Positions 35,336-44,818 of a stretch of 56,431 nt of DNA are shown here, piece by piece. The notes under the pieces were generated by a model that was not told where the DNA came from, did not search any database, and was given only the letters and a program-made list of their open reading frames with translations. This stretch comes from a virus. The DNA is taken from positions 1 through 56,431 of IMG/VR virus record IMGVR_UViG_3300045988_170861. The stretch is one strand, 5' to 3'. The translations under genes were made by a program, and so were the position numbers. The first letter of the stretch is position 1. Each line of letters opens with the position of its first letter.

Positions 35336-35930
35336 TATTTAATAATTGAATTATCTCATTGATTTTATTTTTTAATACATCTAGCGTGAGCGTATCTCCG
35401 CTTTCTGTAATTTGATTTATTTGAGGTTGTTGTATTATACCTACATGGTTTGTAGTTAAGAGTAAATTTGTTACCTCTTTAGACAAATTACTCAATATAA
35501 TAGTGTTTTCAGCTATCTTTTCCGAAATTATAGCATTATTAACCAGCTTTTCTGTAGTTATTGATAAATCTTTTATCATGCTTGTTTCAATTTTGTCATC
35601 AGCTAATAGCTTATCAACTACTTCTTTTGCAAGCTTAATTAAGGTAACAGCACCATCAACAATTTTTTCTGTACTTACAGAATTATCGTTTGGAATATTT
35701 CCTTCAGCTACTTTTAGCTTAGTTATCTCCCACCATGCTTTTAAATACTGCTCTTTCCGCCAAAAAGGTTTAGAAAATGGCTGATAATCTTTACCAGCCA
35801 TTGCCATTACGATTGAATATAAATATTGTTCTTCTAAATCTGTTGTCGGTTTTGGTAAATTATCTATTATATCCTGGTAATCATTCATAGTAGACACTGC
35901 AATCAAGCCCCATATTTCCAATTCGTTCAC
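35316..35930 (-). CDS. hypothetical protein
   Basis: ORF. Confidence 0.45.
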   Translation of the reverse strand: MNELEIWGLIAVSTMNDYQDIIDNLPKPTTDLEEQYLYSIVMAMAGKDYQPFSKPFWRKEQYLKAWWEITKLKVAEGNIPNDNSVSTEKIVDGAVTLIKLAKEVVDKLLADDKIETSMIKDLSITTEKLVNNAIISEKIAENTIILSNLSKEVTNLLLTTNHVGIIQQPQINQITESGDTLTLDVLKNKINEIIQLLNNAEVTK

Positions 35931-36468
35931 AATCGGTGTATTGCCACATTCGACATATACGATTAGGATTTTCTATAGCAAAGCTATTTTGATGATAATA
36001 TTGAGCTGACCAAATAGGTACATAATCAGGCAATGCTTTTAAGTCTATAATATTTGTGAGCCAATTATAAGAACTATATAAGCCTACATAGTTATACCCT
36101 TTTTCTAACAATGTACTGATAAAATTAGCAATAGGATAAACTACATTTAAATATCCTTCTAACATATCTTTATCTTCAGCATCATACCAAATACCGAGTT
36201 CAGGATTTTTCCCATTAAGATATGTCTTAATCTGTTTATCAACCCAATTAGCTTCTGCTACAGCTTCATTAATAGATGAAGCGTGTCCATAATAATAAAC
36301 GCCATAGCGTAATCCATACGCTACAGCGTTATTTACATGTTCTATAAACTTTTTATCAAGTTTATAATGTTCTCCTATTTTTAGAATAACTCCTTCAATC
36401 CCAGCATCTTTTACTGCTTGCCAATCGATCCATTCTTGCCAAGCCGAAACGTCAATTACTTTCATCAT
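35881..36468 (-). CDS. GH25 muramidase endolysin (catalytic domain only)
   Basis: N-terminal VIDVSAWQEWIDWQAVKDAGIEGVILKIGEH GH25 signature. Confidence 0.8.
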   Translation of the reverse strand: MMKVIDVSAWQEWIDWQAVKDAGIEGVILKIGEHYKLDKKFIEHVNNAVAYGLRYGVYYYGHASSINEAVAEANWVDKQIKTYLNGKNPELGIWYDAEDKDMLEGYLNVVYPIANFISTLLEKGYNYVGLYSSYNWLTNIIDLKALPDYVPIWSAQYYHQNSFAIENPNRICRMWQYTDCERIGNMGLDCSVYYE

Positions 36469-36721
36469 TAATCACCGCCAAATCAATATTTTCAATTTCT
36501 GCACGTTCTTCTAATACTTTTAATTTAGCTCTCATATAGATTAATTGTTCATATAAAAGCTCATAACTGCATTTAGGCTTAAATGGTAATGTTCCTGCTT
36601 TATAAGCTTTTAACATTTTTGCTAAACCTTCTGCTCTTTTTTTATCTTGATGATATTCAGCTTGAAATCTTTCTTTAAAATCAGCACTTAACATTAATTT
36701 AACAGTATCTTTTAATTCCAT
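36452..36721 (-). CDS. hypothetical protein
   Basis: ORF. Confidence 0.45.
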   Translation of the reverse strand: MELKDTVKLMLSADFKERFQAEYHQDKKRAEGLAKMLKAYKAGTLPFKPKCSYELLYEQLIYMRAKLKVLEERAEIENIDLAVINDESN

Positions 36722-36723
36722 AA

Positions 36724-36825
36724 TTATTTATCACTCCCAAAAATATATCCTACTGCAAAACCAAATAAAAAGAATCCACCGCAAATGCAATTAAATATTA
36801 ATTGCTTCATCGCTAATACGTCCAT
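36724..36825 (-). CDS. tiny hydrophobic ORF (33 aa, one TM) not in ORF track
   Basis: ATG with RBS AGGTGATAA; MDVLAMKQLIFNCICGGFFLFGFAVGYIFGSDK. Confidence 0.3.
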   Translation of the reverse strand: MDVLAMKQLIFNCICGGFFLFGFAVGYIFGSDK

Positions 36826-36827
36826 AA

Positions 36828-36944
36828 TTATTTATCACCTTTAAATCCACATTTAGCACATAACCATAAAAAGCCTAAAAAATCTTTCCATGCCTTACAT
36901 GGTTCAGCCTTAATTAATTTTACACTAACATAATTTCTAATCAT
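36828..36944 (-). CDS. tiny Cys-containing ORF (38 aa) not in ORF track
   Basis: ATG after AGAAGGA; stop overlaps RBS of next tiny ORF. Confidence 0.25.
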   Translation of the reverse strand: MIRNYVSVKLIKAEPCKAWKDFLGFLWLCAKCGFKGDK

Positions 36945-36963
36945 TATTAATCCTTCTTTCTTT

Positions 36964-37437
36964 TTATTTTCTAATTTTTTCTTTTTGTATGGCATACTGT
37001 GCTAAGTTATTCTTTAATTTAGTTGGAACTGGTACACCACAGTTTGTAGCATTTTCTAATATACTTAGGCCCTCGTTGGCAATATAAAACAAAATCGCAA
37101 TATCTCGCGTGATAGTTCCTTGATTGAAAACAATATCTGCCGTATGTGCCACCATAATAATAATGACGATGACAGCCTTTTTTGCTAATCCTCGCCAACC
37201 TTTTCTGCTATCAAGTTTTTTGTTTGGATTTATCCAGGCTGATAAAAGACCTGTTATATAATCTAACACCATTAATAATAGAATAGCTTCCCACAAGTTT
37301 GACCAGCTACCAAATAAATGACTACATATCGTCCCCACAGTAGCGAAACACGCTCCCCATTCAATCTCTAATCGGACTGGTATAATCGTCTTGCAAAACG
37401 AAACCATATCCGCCAAAAATTCCTGCATTTTAATCAC
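36964..37437 (-). CDS. phage holin (holin_4_1-like)
   Basis: Multiple TM segments and FYIANEGLSILEN motif. Confidence 0.75.
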   Translation of the reverse strand: MIKMQEFLADMVSFCKTIIPVRLEIEWGACFATVGTICSHLFGSWSNLWEAILLLMVLDYITGLLSAWINPNKKLDSRKGWRGLAKKAVIVIIIMVAHTADIVFNQGTITRDIAILFYIANEGLSILENATNCGVPVPTKLKNNLAQYAIQKEKIRK

Positions 37438-37441
37438 CTTC

Positions 37442-39580
37442 TTAAATTAAAAAATATGATTTACCAAAAATATTTAATAAATCTTCACTCAAGCAATATC
37501 CGAAATTTATACTGCCTTGTAAATCAGGGTGTACATTATCTGTTGTAGAAACTAGATATTTACTACAATCTATAATAATTATATTAATTTCTTCGTATGC
37601 TTCCGTTAAAATCTCTTTATTTTTACCATTAAGTGGAATTAAGCCAACTATAATTCTACCAGGATATTTATTTTTTATTCTATTTACGCAGTTTTTTACA
37701 ATTAGTTTATAACTTTCTAAATCAGTTACATTATCATTTGTGCCTAATTCAATAAGGATAAAATCTACTTTTTCATCAATGTGTTTATTACTACTATTAA
37801 GGCAATCTATATAAGAACCATTAGCATTATAAGCTGTTTCTTCTCCTTCGGTACCTTTTACAGGCAACCAATCCGAATTACTTTTACTTATATATCCAAT
37901 TCCACCTCTACCAATACTTACAAACCCACATTTTAAAAACTTACTCGTTTGACTTAAAAAATTTAAATGATGTGAATTTTTGTTATCTCCGTTAACATTC
38001 CAGCCTTCACTTATGCTATCACCAAAGCATAACCCTATTCTACATTCAGGTTTTACAGCTATAGCTTCACCATCAGCGTCAACGGTAATATCTTTTAAAT
38101 ATACTCCATTATTGCTTGCAAACATTGCTGTGTGCATAGATGTTATAACTACTTCTATATAGTGTTCTATATTTTTATCCAAATCAGAAATTGTAAAAGA
38201 TGTGCTATCTTCTATAACTACATAATCATTATTATCCACTTTATAAGCAAAGCGGAGCATATAATTAGTTGTATCAGAAAAATCAAAAGCTACTGTAGAT
38301 GTATTCTTAACTCTAGTAAAAATTTTAGCTCCAGCTAATGTTGTATACATTCCATTATCTGTTTTTATCCATCTTCCTAAAAAATAGCATTTATTACCAA
38401 TATCGCCAAAATCTCTTGCGTTTTTCCCTTCCGCTAATTTAGGCATATTATTTTTTAAATCTAAAAAATATCTATCATCTATTTTAATATTTTTATCAAT
38501 GTATATTCTTTGGTTTTTATTGTTATCGTTTTCTTTCAATAGATATAAAAAACCATTTTCAAGTGCAGTTATCGCACCACTTGTTCTTATATATAACGTA
38601 TCTTCTGTGGTGGTAAACGTGAATATAGTTCCGCTATGTTCTACAGCTTGTAAAAATTCTTTATTTTTATTATATAAATTTACGTTATACGCAAATATTT
38701 TATATGTTGTATTTGGCTCTACTAATATATAATCGGTTACAAAGTCATCATCACTGCCGTCAATTATACTTCCGTCATTTTTTAAATATTTGTTACTTGT
38801 ATAAGAAGATGATTTTAATAGATTTCCGTATCGGTTTATAAAATCAGTTTTATTATAACCAACAACTTTGTCATTTAAATTAGTGTTGTCAATTTTAACT
38901 AGAATTTCATCATTTAGAGAATGTCCTTTTATATCTTTAAATTTGTCCGAGTCTTTTAGTCCTTCAAATACAAACAAAGAATTGTTTTCGATTGCCTCTA
39001 TACCACCGCTTGTTCTTATATAAGTGGTATCCTCTGTTGTAGTAAACGTAAATACTAAACTTCCATCAGGAGATGTAATTGTTTTTATTTTGTTTTTATT
39101 TCTATTATATAAAACACAATTAAGACTAAAAACTTTGTATATTGTGCTTGGTTTTACTTCTATATAATCCGTAATAAAAGTTGTTTCGTTTTCAACAATG
39201 TTTCCAGTATCATCAAAATTTTTACCCTCAATTATTGAAGTTGTTTTTAGTAAATTACCTACAGCATTAAAAAAAGTCATTAAATTAGGACTCAAACTAT
39301 TTATTTCTATTTGTGTTGCTTGATATACACCACCACTTACCCATGTGCTACCATTCCAATAATTCCAATTTCCATCGTTTAGTGTTAAATAAATTCTAGT
39401 TTTATCCACATCTTCTGCACTTTGTAATGCTGCTAAATTATCACAAACTCCAGCAGGTGAGCCACTAGCGACTTTTTCAAGTTCTACTTTATCTGCTTTT
39501 AAACCAATATCGTTTCTAGCTTGTTTATCAGCAAGCTCATAATCAGTACCGCCAACATTTAAATAAGAAACTGTTTCCAT
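37442..39580 (-). CDS. tailspike/receptor-binding protein with tandem ~150-aa repeat and C-terminal SGNH/GDSL hydrolase domain
   Basis: Duplicated block ...TDYI(E/L)V(K/E)P(S/N)T(I/T)YK(V/I)F...FTFTTTEDT(T/L)YIRTSG...; GDSL motif LCFGDSISEGW. Confidence 0.65.
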   Translation of the reverse strand: METVSYLNVGGTDYELADKQARNDIGLKADKVELEKVASGSPAGVCDNLAALQSAEDVDKTRIYLTLNDGNWNYWNGSTWVSGGVYQATQIEINSLSPNLMTFFNAVGNLLKTTSIIEGKNFDDTGNIVENETTFITDYIEVKPSTIYKVFSLNCVLYNRNKNKIKTITSPDGSLVFTFTTTEDTTYIRTSGGIEAIENNSLFVFEGLKDSDKFKDIKGHSLNDEILVKIDNTNLNDKVVGYNKTDFINRYGNLLKSSSYTSNKYLKNDGSIIDGSDDDFVTDYILVEPNTTYKIFAYNVNLYNKNKEFLQAVEHSGTIFTFTTTEDTLYIRTSGAITALENGFLYLLKENDNNKNQRIYIDKNIKIDDRYFLDLKNNMPKLAEGKNARDFGDIGNKCYFLGRWIKTDNGMYTTLAGAKIFTRVKNTSTVAFDFSDTTNYMLRFAYKVDNNDYVVIEDSTSFTISDLDKNIEHYIEVVITSMHTAMFASNNGVYLKDITVDADGEAIAVKPECRIGLCFGDSISEGWNVNGDNKNSHHLNFLSQTSKFLKCGFVSIGRGGIGYISKSNSDWLPVKGTEGEETAYNANGSYIDCLNSSNKHIDEKVDFILIELGTNDNVTDLESYKLIVKNCVNRIKNKYPGRIIVGLIPLNGKNKEILTEAYEEINIIIIDCSKYLVSTTDNVHPDLQGSINFGYCLSEDLLNIFGKSYFLI

Positions 39581-40276
39581 TTATATCACCTTTTTTAAAT
39601 TTATTGTAATTTTATTTGATTTAAAATTTCCACTATAAACCATATCTTCAATATATAGAACATCATCAATAACAAAATTGGATACAGGAAATACTAGATG
39701 ACCTTTTACACATCTAAATCTTATTAATGCTTTTGACGCATTTATTAATTCTACTATTCCCATTCGTTCTGCTATTTCATTTACTTGTTCGGCAAAAACA
39801 CTTGCATTTTGTGCATAATTTTTTGCATTTTGTTCTGATTTTTCAACAGAATCTTTTATTTTAGTAATATTGTCTTGTATATTATTTGCAATATTTTCAA
39901 ACTCTCTACTTATATATTCTAGGTTTTCAACTTGGTCATTAAATTTATTTTCAATATTATCAACAGCACCAAAATATGGTTTTGTTATATTTCCAATTAA
40001 AACCCATTTACTATTTACATAAAAGTATAAATTACCATTTTCAATTTTAGCTTCATATTCAAATGGATTATTTTCATCTATTACTTGCCATGTAGCTAAT
40101 TTGTAAAGTAAATCATATATATTTAAGATTTCACCAATATATTTACCACCAAATAATCTAAAATCATCACCACGATGTTCTAAAATTAAAGGATATATTG
40201 GACTTAATTTTCCATTTCTAATTAATGGCAATGCTTCTGGCAATCCATATTTTCTTTCAATTATTTCATGTTCCAT
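39581..40276 (-). CDS. tail fiber/needle-like protein sharing N-terminal domain with next gene
   Basis: N-terminus LP.ALPLIRNG.L.PIYPL....RGD aligns with 40290..41522 product. Confidence 0.45.
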   Translation of the reverse strand: MEHEIIERKYGLPEALPLIRNGKLSPIYPLILEHRGDDFRLFGGKYIGEILNIYDLLYKLATWQVIDENNPFEYEAKIENGNLYFYVNSKWVLIGNITKPYFGAVDNIENKFNDQVENLEYISREFENIANNIQDNITKIKDSVEKSEQNAKNYAQNASVFAEQVNEIAERMGIVELINASKALIRFRCVKGHLVFPVSNFVIDDVLYIEDMVYSGNFKSNKITINLKKVI

Positions 40277-40289
40277 ATTCTTCCTTCCT

Positions 40290-41522
40290 TTATTTATTTA
40301 ATCCAACAGCAATATATTTTATTTTTGACTTTTTTTCATAATTTGAATAACTAATAATAAAATTATTATTTGTTTTTTCTGTAACATCTCCAAAAGATGG
40401 GAAAACAAATAAAATATTATTTTTAAATGCAGATGAAAAAGAAATTGTAGCTTGTGTATTATCATTTTCTCCTATATTTACTGTTGCAAATTTAATACAT
40501 ATGCCATTTGCAAATTCAATATTTATATCATCATTATTTGTAGTACTATCTAATATTCCGCCCCATAAATTAAAAAGATTATTTACAAATTTTGTATTTG
40601 CTATTTTAAGGCTGATATCTCCTGCTTCTGGTGTAGGTACTGTCGGCGATTCTTCAAAATTATCTATAATAAATTTGTTTTTATCTTTGTTTCCTTTTTC
40701 TAACGTTATAACGCCATCTTTAAAAGTAATATTGCTTATATATGTTTCATCAATCTTATTATTGTTATTATCATTTATTGCTTTAGTTGATATATCTGCT
40801 GTTCCCTTTAAATGACCATCTATTATTCCACTTATTGTTAAATCACCATTTACATTTACGTTCCCATTTACAGTACCACCAGTTAATGCTAAATATTTAT
40901 CTTGTTCTAAAATTCTTATAGCATATAAACCTTCTTTTAATTTTACAATCTCATAATCATCATCAACTACAGATTGAGCCATTTCTTTTACTACATAGAA
41001 TGCTGCCTTACCATCATTAAACGTTTCAGCTCCTTGTATATACAAACTCATTCCTGCTTGTATATCAGTTTCCTTTTTCATATCGTTGATAGTTTCATAT
41101 GTTCTAAGCGATATTTTTTGTGTAGCTTTTCTAGCATTTACCATAAATTGTTCTGCATCTTTAGCTGCATTTATAGCTTGTTTTGAACTATCTAATATTT
41201 CTTGAATATGTTCAGATACTGTTTCATTGTTTCCTAAATCTGGATTTAAAATATCAAATAAAAATATCCAACTATCATTTTGTTTGTTTCGTATATAAAA
41301 TTTATCATCTTCTATTTTTATAGAATAAGGAATATTGCCTACATTTTGAGATTGATTACTTATCAAGTTTGTTAATATTTTATATACATTTTCAAATTCC
41401 TTTGTATATTTACGTGCAAATTGTTCTGTATTATCGCCACGATATACAAAATTTAAAGGATAAATTATTTTCAATTCTCCATTTTGTATAGTTGGCAATG
41501 GTGATGGTAAATCATGTTGCAT
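40290..41522 (-). CDS. tail fiber-like structural protein
   Basis: Paralogous N-terminal domain; beta-rich C-terminus. Confidence 0.45.
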   Translation of the reverse strand: MQHDLPSPLPTIQNGELKIIYPLNFVYRGDNTEQFARKYTKEFENVYKILTNLISNQSQNVGNIPYSIKIEDDKFYIRNKQNDSWIFLFDILNPDLGNNETVSEHIQEILDSSKQAINAAKDAEQFMVNARKATQKISLRTYETINDMKKETDIQAGMSLYIQGAETFNDGKAAFYVVKEMAQSVVDDDYEIVKLKEGLYAIRILEQDKYLALTGGTVNGNVNVNGDLTISGIIDGHLKGTADISTKAINDNNNNKIDETYISNITFKDGVITLEKGNKDKNKFIIDNFEESPTVPTPEAGDISLKIANTKFVNNLFNLWGGILDSTTNNDDINIEFANGICIKFATVNIGENDNTQATISFSSAFKNNILFVFPSFGDVTEKTNNNFIISYSNYEKKSKIKYIAVGLNK

Positions 41523-41525
41523 TTA

Positions 41526-43043
41526 TTACACCTCCACAAAATCAATATATATATAATTAAGAATAAAACTTTCTCCCATACCACTACCACTTAATCTTAT
41601 ATTAGGTGCTCTATAAACTACTCGTGTTGTTCTTCTAATGGTTTCCATTAATGATATTTCAGTTTCATTATCATATACAGAATCATAACCATCTTTTATT
41701 TTTTCTGTAGATGGTACATAAATGTTTTTATTATTTCTATATCCTATTGGCTCATCATTATCAAAAATATCACGTCTATTACCATATATATAACTACTAG
41801 GAACAAAAGACGGTAATGGTATATAAATCTTACCTACATCAAAATGAGAGTTTGATGTATATTCATAATTCATTGGCGTAACACAAATAGTTATTCTTTT
41901 TACTAAATATTCATAGTTGGCTAAACGTGTTTTCATTCTTACCTTAAATATTAAAGGCTCATCATTATCATAAAATTTACCTGCATTTAACTTGCATATA
42001 GCATTTTCTTTTATCACATATACGTCATTATTTATAGATAATACATCAACCGCCACATCATTAAATTGTCTTTGAAAAAAAGCATTAGTATTGCAATCTA
42101 ACACGAGCACATAGCCATTTTCACCAATACACCATACCTGATTTAATGGTGGCACATAGCGAAGCTTTGTATTACTAGGTAGGTTTGCAATCTTACTGGC
42201 AACTTTAGAGCCTATATTTGTAGGTTTCATATCGCCATATTCTTGCGTTGTTTGAATGTTTTGTAATGATATATCGCTCATAATCAGAACACTATTAACC
42301 ATATTGCAATAACTAGCAGTACCTTTACAGAATATATTTCTTCCTAATTCACTAATTCGCCAATCTGGATATTCATTTTCTAAGCGGAAAACCATTCCAT
42401 TTGATTTTATGAATAAAATATCTTTACTCATATTGACCATGCCCATGATATGACCGCCAACTTTATATCCAATTTGAGCAAATAGACTTGCCGATGGGTC
42501 GTTTGAGTCTTGAGTCCAGTTGGTTTCATCACCAACTCCAGAAAATAATACCTGGTCTGTATCATCAAAAATGAGTACACGACCAGAACGAATATACACG
42601 CCGTTACAATGTTCTGGACTTGTTTCTATTGTTTCTACATCTTCAAGTCCCTTAGCATATTGAAGTTTACCGCCACTAGCAATCAAAAGACCATCTTCCC
42701 ACATAGCAGTTATTACTTCGCCTGTTCCCGTTAAAGTTCCAACTTCTTTTACTTCAGAAAAATTTTTTGTGGCCAGAATTTTATTATCTTCTGTAAATAA
42801 AATAAGTGCAGAATTTAAAATATCAAACGCTGCACTTTTAAATGTATATTCAGTTGTAGTATATAAAGTATCGGTGCCCTGCACTGTGCGAAGTAATTTA
42901 GAATTACTGTCTATTTCCATATTTATTACTTCAGCAAGTTCATTGTCTGCTATTAGATTTTCTGTACAGGATACATTAAGACCGCCAGTAAAGTCTTGCA
43001 ACATCACAGATTGTTGATTAGCATGTTTTGTAGATAATCTCAT
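41526..43043 (-). CDS. structural protein, putative tail hub (P22 gp10-like position)
   Basis: 505 aa, position after adaptor gene. Confidence 0.35.
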   Translation of the reverse strand: MRLSTKHANQQSVMLQDFTGGLNVSCTENLIADNELAEVINMEIDSNSKLLRTVQGTDTLYTTTEYTFKSAAFDILNSALILFTEDNKILATKNFSEVKEVGTLTGTGEVITAMWEDGLLIASGGKLQYAKGLEDVETIETSPEHCNGVYIRSGRVLIFDDTDQVLFSGVGDETNWTQDSNDPSASLFAQIGYKVGGHIMGMVNMSKDILFIKSNGMVFRLENEYPDWRISELGRNIFCKGTASYCNMVNSVLIMSDISLQNIQTTQEYGDMKPTNIGSKVASKIANLPSNTKLRYVPPLNQVWCIGENGYVLVLDCNTNAFFQRQFNDVAVDVLSINNDVYVIKENAICKLNAGKFYDNDEPLIFKVRMKTRLANYEYLVKRITICVTPMNYEYTSNSHFDVGKIYIPLPSFVPSSYIYGNRRDIFDNDEPIGYRNNKNIYVPSTEKIKDGYDSVYDNETEISLMETIRRTTRVVYRAPNIRLSGSGMGESFILNYIYIDFVEV

Positions 43044-43693
43044 TATAAATACCCCTTAATGCAATCATCATCGTTATCATTATCCCAATAACTTTTAATT
43101 TGATGTTGTGTATCTGGATAAGCATATAACATATCTTCAACTTGACTTGTTATCATTTGAGTTGTTGTCATCTCTTGTGTTGTATCAAATTCATTCGTCA
43201 TTGCTAATCTTACATTTGCATACTCAATTATTAATTTATGAAAATCATTTGGGAATGGTAATTCAGTATCATTTTCTAATGATACTTCTTCAAATTCTGG
43301 TACATATTGAATATCATAATTTACTTCTTTGTTTGGAATAGGATAAATATTTATTCCTAAAAATCCAACCATATAATATTGTTTAACATAATCGGACGTA
43401 AGACTAAAATCACTTATACACATTCTATTTGTAGGCAATAATCGTTTTCCATCTATTCTAACGTCTAAAATTCCAGCAATTTTATTTTTAGTAACAATTG
43501 ATTTTTCATATGCATTTATTTTTCCCTGTTCTTCTACAGATAATAAATTAGGGCGTATATTTTTAATAATACGCCCAACAAAATCAATTCCATCGTTTAT
43601 TGCCTGCAAAACAACAATATCATCATATCCAGTTTCTTGTTCATCATGAGCAAGAAATCTTATTTTTTGTATTGCCTTTCTTACAGTAGTCAT
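43043..43693 (-). CDS. putative head-tail adaptor protein
   Basis: Position directly downstream of capsid gene. Confidence 0.35.
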   Translation of the reverse strand: MTTVRKAIQKIRFLAHDEQETGYDDIVVLQAINDGIDFVGRIIKNIRPNLLSVEEQGKINAYEKSIVTKNKIAGILDVRIDGKRLLPTNRMCISDFSLTSDYVKQYYMVGFLGINIYPIPNKEVNYDIQYVPEFEEVSLENDTELPFPNDFHKLIIEYANVRLAMTNEFDTTQEMTTTQMITSQVEDMLYAYPDTQHQIKSYWDNDNDDDCIKGYL

Positions 43694-43707
43694 TTAAAAC
43701 ACCGCCA

Positions 43708-44787
43708 TTATGCAGCAGCATTATCATCAGCAGAAGATGTAAGAATGTTGATAGTAGCAAAATCAGTTTCTCCAACAGTAGGTAATGTGTATTTACATCT
43801 AGCAACACCAAGAATTTGAGAAAGTGCAACACCCCATTTATTATTGTAGTCGAAAGTATCTTCGTCCCAATGAGGTTTCGCAGCACGAGCGATAACACCT
43901 GCTTGTGGTCCTAACAATAAAGCGTGTCCTACCATAGCACTTCCTTCGCCTGTTTTTGTACGAGGACAAGTTTCTGATTCATGAACAACCACTTTATCCC
44001 AAATACCTAATGCACCACTGAAAATAGGATTTTTAAGTCCACGAATATTAGCATCTTTTTGTGCATTAAACCATTTTTCATCTTTTTTGAGGTCGCGTGC
44101 CTGGTATGGGTCAATTACCATTACATAATAATTTCCACCTTCGACATTTACAGTACGAATGATTGGATCTGCCATTTGTGCCATGCGTTTTGCCATACCA
44201 ATAACATCTGTATTAAATACATCAGTTGTCGTAATTGCACTTTCAGATGTTTTTTGGCCAGCATAAATAACACGGTTAGCTGTTGGACTATCAGTTAATA
44301 CTTTGAATATTTCTTTATCTAACCATTCAGCAACCTGTGTTTCGAGGGCAGCTTTAGCATCTTCACGCATTTTTAATGTGCTTTTTTGTTCTTCCATTCT
44401 ACCAGAAGATTTTACAGCCCAACGTTTTTGGTCAATTGTAACTCCAAATGCTTTATAGGTTAAATCTTGTTCGTGTCCTTCTAATTCATTATCGCCTGTG
44501 ATTGGATCGCCATTAAGTTTTAAAAGCAAATTAAACCATGCTTTATCACCTTTGGTTTTTGCAAGATTATCATCAATTTGAATAATAGAATTAGCATCAG
44601 TACCAGTGAATTTACCAAAGAAAATATTCTTCATAGCAGCTTTAATTGTTTTTTCTGCCCAATACTGTTTTACCAATTCACTTGGTACAGTAATTCCGAA
44701 TAGCTGAATATTTACTTTGATACAATGCGGTTTTTTCTTAGTATGAGCTACTACCGCCAAAAGCTGTTTTGTGTTTGTTGTTTCCAT
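43708..44787 (-). CDS. major capsid protein (start METTNTK with RBS AAAGGTG; ORF track extends to 44880)
   Basis: Position after scaffold; size 359 aa; N-terminal Prp-type motif KVNIQLFG. Confidence 0.65.
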   Translation of the reverse strand: METTNTKQLLAVVAHTKKKPHCIKVNIQLFGITVPSELVKQYWAEKTIKAAMKNIFFGKFTGTDANSIIQIDDNLAKTKGDKAWFNLLLKLNGDPITGDNELEGHEQDLTYKAFGVTIDQKRWAVKSSGRMEEQKSTLKMREDAKAALETQVAEWLDKEIFKVLTDSPTANRVIYAGQKTSESAITTTDVFNTDVIGMAKRMAQMADPIIRTVNVEGGNYYVMVIDPYQARDLKKDEKWFNAQKDANIRGLKNPIFSGALGIWDKVVVHESETCPRTKTGEGSAMVGHALLLGPQAGVIARAAKPHWDEDTFDYNNKWGVALSQILGVARCKYTLPTVGETDFATINILTSSADDNAAA

Positions 44788-44818
44788 AAAAAAACACACC
44801 TTTCTTAAAAATATATAT

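Noticed and set aside
39581-41522. RGD tripeptide in both fiber N-terminal domains as an integrin-binding motif
   Set aside because: Short motif in a conserved paralogous block; no context supporting adhesion function; likely coincidental.
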